Position numbers and translations under genes: made by a program
Origin: Nemertoderma westbladi
Taxonomy: Eukaryota; Animalia; Xenacoelomorpha
Direction: 5' to 3'
NCBI GenBank assembly: GCA_032718475.1
Contig: JAUCBJ010004796.1
Span: 1 to 47,312 of the forward strand
Length of the DNA: 47,312 nt
The notes under the pieces: generated by a model
What the model was told of the DNA's origin: nothing
Databases searched by the model: none
The model's input: only the letters and a program-made list of their open reading frames with translations
Shown: piece after piece, positions 35,401-47,312 of the stretch
Layout of the letters: the number at the start of each line of letters is the position of its first letter
Numbering within the stretch: the stretch's first letter is position 1

Positions 35401-38400
35401 ATACACTATCTATCTTACTTTACTTTACTATGATTTACTACCTACACTCGCTATACAGTATCTATCTTACTTTACTTTACTATGATGTACTACCCACACT
35501 CGCCATACAGTATCTATCTTACTCTACTTTACTATGATTTACTACCCACACTCGCTATACAGTATCTATCTTACTTTACTTTACTATGATTTACTACCTA
35601 CACTCGCTATACAGTATCTATCTTACTTTACTTTACTATGATTTACTACCCACACTCGCTATACAGTATCTATCTTACTTTACTTTACTATGATTTACTA
35701 CCCACACTCGCTATACAGTATCTATCTTACTTTACTTTACTATGATTTACTACCCACACTCGCTATACAGTATCTATCTTACTTTACTTTACTATGATTT
35801 ACTACCCACACTCGCTATACACTATCTATCTTACTTTACTTTACTATGATTTACTACCCACACTCGCTATACAGTATCTATCTTACTTTACTTTACTATG
35901 ATTTACTACCCACACTCGCTATACAGTATCTATCTTACTCTACTTTACTATGATTTACTACCCACACTCGCTATACAGTATCTATCTTACTTTACTTTAC
36001 TATGATTTACTACCCACACTCGCTATACAGTATCTATCTTACTTTACTTTACTATGATTTACTACCCACACTCGCTATACACTATCTATCTTACTTTACT
36101 TTACTATGATTTACTACCCACACTCGCTATACAGTATCTATCTTACTTTACTTTACTATGATTTACTACCCACACTCGCTATACAGTATCTATCTTACAG
36201 TACTCTACTTTACTATGATTTACTACCCACACTCGCTATACAGTATCTATCTTACAGTACTCTACTTTACTATGATTTACTACCCACACTCGCTATACAG
36301 TATCTATCTTACTTTACTTTACTATGATTTACTACCCACACTCGCTATACAGTATCTATCTTACTTTATTACTTTACTATGATTTACTACCCACACTCGC
36401 TATACACTATCTATCTTACTTTACTTTACTATGATTTACTACCCACACTCGCTATACAGTATCTATCTTACTCTACTTTACTATGATTTACTACCCACAC
36501 TCGCTATACACTATCTATCTTACTTTACTTTACTATGATTTACTACCTACACTCGCTATACAGTATCTATCTTACTTTACTTTACTATGATGTACTACCC
36601 ACACTCGCTATACAGTATCTATCTTACTCTACTTTACTATGATTTACTACCCACACTCGCTATACACTATCTATCTTACTTTACTTTACTATGATTTACT
36701 ACCCACACTCGCTATACAGTATCTATCTTACTTTACTTTACTATGATTTACTACCCACACTCGCTATACAGTATCTATCTTACTTTACTTTACTATGATT
36801 TACTACCCACACTCGCTATACACTATCTATCTTACTTTACTTTACTATGATTTACTACCCACACTCGCTATACAGTATCTATCTTACTTTACTTTACTAT
36901 GATTTACTACCCACACTCGCTATACAGTATCTATCTTACTCTACTTTACTATGATTTACTACCCACACTCGCTATACAGTATCTATCTTACTTTACTTTA
37001 CTATGATTTACTACCCACACTCGCTATACAGTATCTATCTTACTTTACTTTACTATGATTTACTACCCACACTCGCTATACACTATCTATCTTACTTTAC
37101 TTTACTATGATTTACTACCCACACTCGCTATACAGTATCTATCTTACTTTACTTTACTATGATTTACTACTAGTGTTGAGAACTGAATCAATTTTGACTA
37201 ATTTCAGTTACAGTTACAGTTTCAGTATTCAAAGTTTTGCATTTCAGTTACAGTTACAGTTTCAGTATTCAAAGTTTTGCATTTCAGTTACAGTTACAGT
37301 TTCAGTATTACAAAGTGTAACATTTCAGTTACAGTTACAGTTTCAGTTATAGATTCAATATATATGATCTCACGTAGTAAGCAGTCATCTGAAACTAAAA
37401 ATGAGGCACTTTAATGTATTACTGTTATATACGCTAATAATAATGTTCATTACGAAACGTCCTCTTTGTAGAGCTAATAGGTAGTTGTTGTAGGAAAGTT
37501 GGACCCACGCTATGGTAATATTTTGTAACTAATATACTGATAGTATGTAATGAAAGTGGCACGTCACAAGATCACACTAAAGGCACCCACATTTTACTGT
37601 ACATCTTGTTTCAGTGCTTGTACACTTATTGTTATCATTATTATTGTCAGATTGTTTTGGTTATAAAGCCATGCTTCTGAATCCTGCTCATTTACCTTAA
37701 TTCGTAATTTGTTTTAGTAATCATATATTTATTGTTTTGGTTAGACCCACCTCGATAAGCTGCTCCTTTCACTTTTAAGTTTAATTTTGTAATTTATAAT
37801 GGTAAACTTGATCAAAATGTAATTTCCAGTGTGCCTCTAGTGTGATTGTGATATTAATAGTACCGGTAAAAACATTAATAATTAATAATGTAAAATATAT
37901 ATCCGTTAATATCCCTCTACCATTAGGCCTAACTTTTCTTTGTTTATCTAAAACATTTACATTTAATATGAAGCAAAAGTAGTGATAAGGTCTGATAATA
38001 GTCTAATAGTTGAGTCCGATGAACATAGACTATATGCTAGATCTTCGTTCACTACTTGACTCTCCAAATAAATCACATTTGAGCTAAGTGGGCAATGGGT
38101 CTTTGATTTTATATTGTGTAATATTATGGTTTTGTTCAGAAGTGGAAAAAACGAGATTGTTTTTTTTTTTTTATAACAATGTTTTAAAAATGATACCTAT
38201 GGTAACCACTGTTATTCATTTATTAAACTATACCGGTACTCTATACGTTATTACAATGCTGTTTTAAATGCTTATTCATGTTAATTGTGTGATTGAGAAC
38301 TGAATCGGATTTTGTTAATTTCAGTTTCAGTTTCAGTTACAGTATTCAAAGTTCGCAATTACAGTTACAGTTATAGTTACAGTATCAAAAAAATCATCAA

Positions 38401-41400
38401 AACCATTCAGTTACAGTTGCAGTTACAGTATAATTACAGTTACAGTTCTCAACACTATTTACTACCCACACTCGCTATACAGTATCTATCTTACAGTACT
38501 CTACTTTACTATGATTTACTACCCACACTCGCTATACAGTATCTATCTTACAGTACTCTACTTTACTATGATTTACTACCCACACTCGCTATACAGTATC
38601 TATCTTACTTTACTTTACTATGATTTACTACCCACACTCGCTATACAGTATCTATCTTACTTTATTACTTTACTATGATTTACTACCCACACTCGCTATA
38701 CACTATCTATCTTACTTTACTTTACTATGATTTACTACCCACACTCGCTATACACTATCTATCTTACTTTACTTTACTATGATTTACTACCCACACTCGC
38801 TATACAGTATCTATCTTACAGTACTTTACTTTACTATGATGTACTACCCACACTCGCTATACAGTATCTATCTTACTTTACTTTACTATGATTTACTACC
38901 TACACTCGCTATACACTATCTATCTTACAGTACTTTACTTTACTATGATTTACTACCCACACTCGCTATACAGTATCTATCTTACAGTACTCTACTTTAC
39001 TATGATTTACTACCCACACTCGCTATACAGTATCTATCTTACAGTACTTTACTTTACTATGATTTACTACCCACACTCGCTATACAGTATCTATCTTACA
39101 GTACTTTACTTTACTATGATTTACTACCCACACTCGCTATACAGTATCTATCTTACAGTACTCTACTTTACTATGATTTACTACCCACACTCGCTATACA
39201 GTATCTATCTTACAGTACTTTACTTTACTATGATTTACTACCCACACTCGCTATACACTATCTATCTTACTTTACTTTACTATGATTTACTACCCACACT
39301 CGCTATACAGTATCTATCTTACTTTACTTTACTATGATTTACTACCTACACTCGCTATACAGTATCTATCTTACTTTACTTTACTTTACTATGATTTACT
39401 ACCCACACTCGCTATACACTATCTATCTTACTTTACTTTACTATGATTTACTACCCACACTCGCTATACAGTATCTATCTTACTTTACTTTACTATGATT
39501 TACTACCTACACTCGCTATACACTATCTATCTTACTTTACTTTACTATGATGTACTACCCACACTCGCTATACAGTATCTATCTTACTTTACTTTACTAT
39601 GATTTACTACCCACACTCGCTATACACTATCTATCTTACTTTACTTTACTATGATGTACTACCCACACTCGCTATACAGTATCTATCTTACTTTACTTTA
39701 CTATGATTTACTACCCACACTCGCTATACAGTATCTATCTTACTTTACTTTACTATGATTTACTACCCACACTCGCTATACAGTATCTATCTTACTTTAC
39801 TTTACTATGATTTACTACCCACACTCGCTATACAGTATCTATCTTACTTTACTTTACTTTACTATGATTTACTACCCACACTCGCTATACAGTATCTATC
39901 TTACAGTACTTTACTTTACTATGATTTACTACCCACACTCGCTATACAGTATCTATCTTACTTTACTTTACTATGATTTACTACCTACACTCGCTATACA
40001 CTATCTATCTTACTTTACTTTACTATGATTTACTACCCACACTCGCTATACAGTATCTATCTTACAGTACTCTACTTTACTATGATTTACTACCCACACT
40101 CGCTATACAGTATCTATCTTACAGTACTCTACTTTACTATGATTTACTACCCACACTCGCTATACAGTATCTATCTTACTTTACTTTACTATGATTTACT
40201 ACCCACACTCGCTATACAGTATCTATCTTACTTTACTTTACTATGATTTACTACCCACACTCGCTATACACTATCTATCTTACTTTACTTTACTATGATT
40301 TACTACCCACACTCGCTATACACTATCTATCTTACTTTACTTTACTATGATTTACTACCCACACTCGCTATACAGTATCTATCTTACAGTACTTTACTTT
40401 ACTATGATGTACTACCCACACTCGCTATACAGTATCTATCTTACTTTACTTTACTATGATTTACTACCTACACTCGCTATACACTATCTATCTTACAGTA
40501 CTTTACTTTACTATGATTTACTACCTACACTCGCTATACAGTATCTATCTTACTTTACTTTACTATGATTTACTACCCACACTCGCTATACAGTATCTAT
40601 CTTACAGTACTTTACTTTACTATGATGTACTACCCACACTCGCTATACAGTATCTATCTTACTCTACTTTACTATGATTTACTACCTACACTCGCTATAC
40701 AGTATCTATCTTACAGTACTTTACTTTACTATGATGTACTACCCACACTCGCTATACAGTATCTATCTTACTTTACTTTACTATGATTTACTACCCACAC
40801 TCGCTATACAGTATCTATCTTACAGTACTTTACTTTACTATGATGTACTACCCACACTCGCTATACAGTATCTATCTTACAGTACTTTACTTTACTATGA
40901 TGTACTACCCACACTCGCTATACAGTATCTATCTTACTTTACTTTACTATGATTTACTACCCACACTCGCTATACAGTATCTATCTTACTCTACTTTACT
41001 ATGATTTACTACCCACACTCGCTATACAGTATCTATCTTACTCTACTTTACTATGATTTACTACCCACACTCGCTATACAGTATCTATCTTACTCTACTT
41101 TACTATGATTTACTACCCACACTCGCTATACAGTATCTATCTTACTCTACTTTACTATGATTTACTACCCACACTCGCTATACAGTATCTATCTTACAGT
41201 ACTTTACTTTACTATGATGTACTACCCACACTCGCTATACAGTATCTATCTTACAGTACTTTACTTTACTATGATGTACTACCCACACTCGCTATACAGT
41301 ATCTATCTTACTTTACTTTACTATGATGTACTACCCACACTCGCTATACAGTATCTATCTTACTTTACTTTACTATGATTTACTACCCACACTCGCTATA

Positions 41401-44400
41401 CAGTATCTATCTTACTTTACTTTACTATGATTTACTACCTACACTCGCTATACAGTATCTATCTTACTTTACTTTACTATGATTTACTACCCACACTCGC
41501 TATACAGTATCTATCTTACTTTACTTTACTATGATTTACTACCCACACTCGCTATACAGTATCTATCTTACAGTACTTTACTTTACTATGATGTACTACC
41601 CACACTCGCTATACAGTATCTATCTTACTTTACTTTACTATGATTTACTACCTACACTCGCTATACACTATCTATCTTACTTTACTTTACTATGATTTAC
41701 TACCCACACTCGCTATACAGTATCTATCTTACAGTACTTTACTTTACTATGATGTACTACCCACACTCGCTATACAGTATCTATCTTACTTTACTTTACT
41801 ATGATTTACTACCTACACTCGCTATACACTATCTATCTTACTTTACTTTACTATGATTTACTACCCACACTCGCTATACAGTATCTATCTTACAGTACTT
41901 TACTTTACTATGATGTACTACCCACACTCGCTATACAGTATCTATCTTACTTTACTTTACTATGATTTACTACCCACACTCGCTATACACTATCTATCTT
42001 ACTTTACTTTACTATGATTTACTACCCACACTCGCTATACAGTATCTATCTTACAGTACTTTACTTTACTATGATGTACTACCCACACTCGCTATACAGT
42101 ATCTATCTTACTTTACTTTACTATGATTTACTACCTACACTCGCTATACACTATCTATCTTACAGTACTTTACTTTACTATGATTTACTACCCACACTCG
42201 CTATACAGTATCTATCTTACAGTACTTTACTTTACTATGATTTACTACCCACACTCGCTATACAGTATCTATCTTACTTTACTTTACTATGATTTACTAC
42301 CCACACTCGCTATACACTATCTATCTTACTTTACTTTACTATGATTTACTACCCACACTCGCTATACAGTATCTATCTTACAGTACTTTACTTTACTATG
42401 ATTTACTACCCACACTCGCTATACAGTATCTATCTTACTTTACTTTACTATGATTTACTACCTACACTCGCTATACAGTATCTATCTTACTTTACTTTAC
42501 TATGATTTACTACCTACACTCGCTATACAGTATCTATCTTACAGTACTTTACTTTACTATGATTTACTACCCACACTCGCTATACAGTATCTATCTTACT
42601 TTACTTTACTATGATTTACTACCCACACTCGCTATACAGTATCTATCTTACAGTACTTTACTTTACTATGATTTACTACCTACACTCGCTATACAGTATC
42701 TATCTTACTTTACTTTACTATGATTTACTACCCACACTCGCTATACAGTATCTATCTTACTCTACTTTACTATGATGTACTACCCACACTCGCTATACAC
42801 TATCTATCTTACAGTACTCTACTTTACTATGATTTACTACCTACACTCGCTATACAGTATCTATCTTACTTTACTTTACTATGATTTACTACCCACACTC
42901 GCTATACAGTATCTATCTTACTTTACTTTACTATGATGTACTACCTACACTCGCTATACAGTATCTATCTTACTTTACTTTACTATGATTTACTACCCAC
43001 ACTCGCTATACAGTATCTATCTTACTTTACTTTACTATGATGTACTACCCACACTCGCTATACAGTATCTATCTTACTTTACTTTACTATGATGTACTAC
43101 CCACACTCGCTATACAGTATCTATCTTACTTTACTTTACTATGATGTACTACCCACACTCGCTATACAGTATCTATCTTACTCTACTTTACTATGATTTA
43201 CTACCCACACTCGCTATACAGTATCTATCTTACTTTACTATGATTTACTACCCACACTCGCTATACAGTATCTATCTTACTTTACTTTACTATGATTTAC
43301 TACCCACACTCGCTATACAGTATCTATCTTACTTTACTTTACTATGATTTACTACCCACACTCGCTATACAGTATCTATCTTACTTTACTTTACTATGAT
43401 GTACTACCCACACTCGCTATACAGTATCTATCTTACTCTACTTTACTATGATTTACTACCCACACTCGCTATACAGTATCTATCTTACTCTACTTTACTA
43501 TGATTTACTACCCACACTCGCTATACAGTATCTATCTTACTTTACTTTACTATGATGTACTACCCACACTCGCTATACAGTATCTATCTTACAGTACTTT
43601 ACTTTACTATGATTTACTACCTACACTCGCTATACAGTATCTATCTTACAGTACTTTACTTTACTATGATGTACTACCCACACTCGCTATACAGTATCTA
43701 TCTTACTCTTACTTTACTATGATTTACTACCTACACTCGCTATACAGTATCTATCTTACAGTACTTTACTTTACTATGATGTACTACCCACACTCGCTAT
43801 ACAGTATCTATCTTACAGTACTTTACTTTACTATGATTTACTACCTACACTCGCTATACAGTATCTATCTTACTTTACTTTACTATGATTTACTACCTAC
43901 ACTCGCTATACAGTATCTACTCTTACTTTACTATGATTTACTACCCACACTCGCTATACAGTATCTATCTTACTTTACTTTACTATGATGTACTACCCAC
44001 ACTCGCTATACAGTATCTATCTTACTTTACTTTACTATGATTTACTACCCACACTCGCTATACAGTATCTATCTTACTTTACTTTACTATGATTTACTAC
44101 CCACACTCGCTATACAGTATCTATCTTACTCTACTTTACTATGATTTACTACCCACACTCGCTATACAGTATCTATCTTACTCTACTTTACTATGATTTA
44201 CTACCCACACTCGCTATACAGTATCTATCTTACTTTACTTTACTATGATTTACTACCCACACTCGCTATACAGTATCTATCTTACAGTACTTTACTTTAC
44301 TATGATTTACTACCTACACTCGCTATACAGTATCTATCTTACTCTACTTTACTATGATGTACTACCCACACTCGCTATACAGTATCTATCTTACAGTACT

Positions 44401-47312
44401 TTACTTTACTATGATGTACTACCCACACTCGCTATACAGTATCTATCTTACTCTACTTTACTATGATTTACTACCTACACTCGCTATACAGTATCTATCT
44501 TACTTTACTTTACTATGATTTACTACCCACACTCGCTATACAGTATCTATCTCGTACTTTACTTTACTATGATGTACTACCCACACTCGCTATACAGTAT
44601 CTATCTTACAGTACTTTACTTTACTATGATTTACTACCTACACTCGCTATACAGTATCTATCTTACTTTACTTTACTATGATTTACTACCTACACTCGCT
44701 ATACAGTATCTATCTTACTTTACTTTACTATGATTTACTACCCACACTCGCTATACAGTATCTATCTTACTTTACTTTACTATGATTTACTACCCACACT
44801 CGCTATACAGTATCTATCTTACTCTTACTTTACTATGATTTACTACCCACACTCGCTATACACTATCTATCTTACTTTACTTTACTATGATTTACTACCC
44901 ACACTCGCTATACAGTATCTATCTTACAGTACTCTACTTTACTATGATTTACTACCTACACTCTCTAGTATCTATCTTACTTTACTTTACTATGATGTAC
45001 TACCCACACTCGCTATACAGTATCTATCTTACTCTACTTTACTATGATTTACTACCCACACTCGCTATACAGTATCTATCTTACTCTTACTTTACTATGA
45101 TTTACTACCCACACTCGCTATACAGTATCTATCTTACTTTACTTTACTATGATGTACTACCCACACTCGCTATACAGTATCTATCTTACTTTACTTTACT
45201 ATGATTTACTACCCACACTCGCTATACAGTATCTATCTTACTTTACTTTACTATGATTTACTACCCACACTCGCTATACAGTATCTATCTCGTACTTTAC
45301 TTTACTATGATTTACTACCCACACTCGCTATACAGTATCTATCTTACTCTACTTTACTATGATTTACTACCCACACTCGCTATACACTATCTATCTTACT
45401 TTACTTTACTATGATTTACTACCCACACTCGCTATACAGTATCTATCTTACAGTACTTACTTTACTATGATTTACTACCCACACTCGCTATACAGTATCT
45501 ATCTTACTTTACTTTACTATGATGTACTACCCACACTCGCTATACAGTATCTATCTTACTTTACTTTACTATGATTTACTACCCACACTCGCTATACAGT
45601 ATCTATCTTACAGTACTTTACTTTACTATGATTTACTACCCACACTCGCTATACAGTATCTATCTTACTTTACTTTACTATGATTTACTACCCACACTCG
45701 CTATACAGTATCTATCTTACTTTACTTTACTATGATTTACTACCCACACTCGCTATACAGTATCTATCTTACAGTACTTACTTTACTATGATTTACTACC
45801 CACACTCGCTATACAGTATCTATCTTACTTTACTTTACTATGATGTACTACCCACACTCGCTATACAGTATCTATCTTACTTTACTTTACTATGATTTAC
45901 TACCCACACTCGCTATACAGTATCTATCTTACTTTACTTTACTATGATTTACTACCCACACTCGCTATACAGTATCTATCTTACTTTACTTTACTATGAT
46001 GTACTACCCACACTCGCTATACAGTATCTATCTTACTTTACTTTACTATGATTTACTACCCACACTCGCTATACAGTATCTATCTTACTCTACTTTACTA
46101 TGATTTACTACCCACACTCGCTATACAGTATCTATCTTACTTTACTTTACTATGATTTACTACCTACACTCGCTATACAGTATCTATCTTACTTTACTTT
46201 ACTATGATGTACTACCCACACTCGCTATACAGTATCTATCTTACTTTACTTTACTATGATTTACTACCCACACTCGCTATACAGTATCTATCTTACTTTA
46301 CTTTACTATGATTTACTACCCACACTCGCTATACAGTATCTATCTTACTTTACTTTACTATGATTTACTACCCACACTCGCTATACAGTATCTATCTTAC
46401 TTTACTTTACTATGATTTACTACCCACACTCGCTATACAGTATCTATCTTACTTTACTTTACTATGATTTACTACCCACACTCGCTATACAGTATCTATC
46501 TTACTTTACTTTACTATGATTTACTACCCACACTCGCTATACAGTATCTATCTTACTTTACTTTACTATGATTTACTACCCACACTCGCTATACAGTATC
46601 TATCTTACTTTACTTTACTATGATTTACTACCCACACTCGCTATACAGTATCTATCTTACTTTACTTTACTATGATTTACTACCCACACTCGCTATACAG
46701 TATCTATCTTACTTTACTTTACTATGATTTACTACCCACACTCGCTATACAGTATCTATCTTACTTTACTTTACTATGATTTACTACCCACACTCGCTAT
46801 ACAGTATCTATCTTACTTTACTTTACTATGATTTACTACCCACACTCGCTATACAGTATCTATCTTACTCTTACTTTACTATGATTTACTACCCACACTC
46901 GCTATACAGTATCTATCTTACAGTACTTACTTTACTATGATTTACTACCCACACTCGCTATACAGTATCTATCTTACAGTACTTTACTTTACTATGATTT
47001 ACTACCCACACTCGCTATACAGTATCTATCTTACTTTACTTTACTATGATTTACTACCCACACTCGCTATACAGTATCTATCTTACTTTACTTTACTATG
47101 ATTTACTACCCACACTCGCTATACAGTATCTATCTTACTTCTACTTTACTATGATTTACTACCCACACTCGCTATACAGTATCTATCTTACTCTTACTTT
47201 ACTATGATTTACTACCCACACTCGCTATACAGTATCTATCTTACTTTACTTTACTATGATTTACTACCCACACTCGCTATACAGTATCTATCTTACTTTA
47301 CTTTACTATGAT
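32456..47312. repeat. Satellite DNA array, 52-bp monomer with a 57-bp variant, running off the window end
   Basis: Monomer ACTATGATTTACTACCCACACTCGCTATACAGTATCTATCTTACTTTACTTT; the 57-mer has an extra AGTAC; ~13.5 kb of repeat in the window. Confidence 0.99.
37171..38457. mobile_element. Non-autonomous hAT-type element (1287 bp) inserted in the satellite
   Basis: 15-bp TIR TAGTGTTGAGAACTG; 8-bp TSD TTTACTAC at 37163-37170 and 38458-38465; subterminal (CAGTTA/CAGTTT)n arrays. Confidence 0.93.

Noticed and set aside
32438-45895. Dozens of MIYYPHSLYSIYLT-type ORFs
   Set aside because: Translation artefacts of the 52/57-bp satellite

Overview
AT-rich animal (invertebrate-type) nuclear DNA dominated by mobile and repetitive sequence. 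Positions 1-11.4 kb hold several MITEs with identifiable TIRs and TSDs, Helentron/HINE-like elements, an intronless SNRNP40 gene on the minus strand, and a ~115-nt unit in which a type I hammerhead ribozyme lies between tRNA-type Pol III A and B boxes and ends in a T6 terminator. Positions 11420-27335 are a young, full-length 15.9-kb BEL/Pao LTR retrotransposon on the minus strand, with 1237-bp near-identical LTRs and an AGGTG TSD, inserted in a putative small host gene. It has no tRNA primer-binding site but does have an 11-nt PBS/LTR complementarity reminiscent of Tf1 self-priming. It also carries an extra triple-zinc-knuckle ORF where env would sit, intron-like duplicated units in its leader, and a single TGA in integrase. 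Positions 28.9-32 kb are a nest of inverted-repeat elements around a decayed THAP domain. Positions 32.46 kb to the end are a 52/57-bp satellite array with higher-order structure, interrupted by one hAT-type MITE. All coordinates were read by eye; no searches were run.
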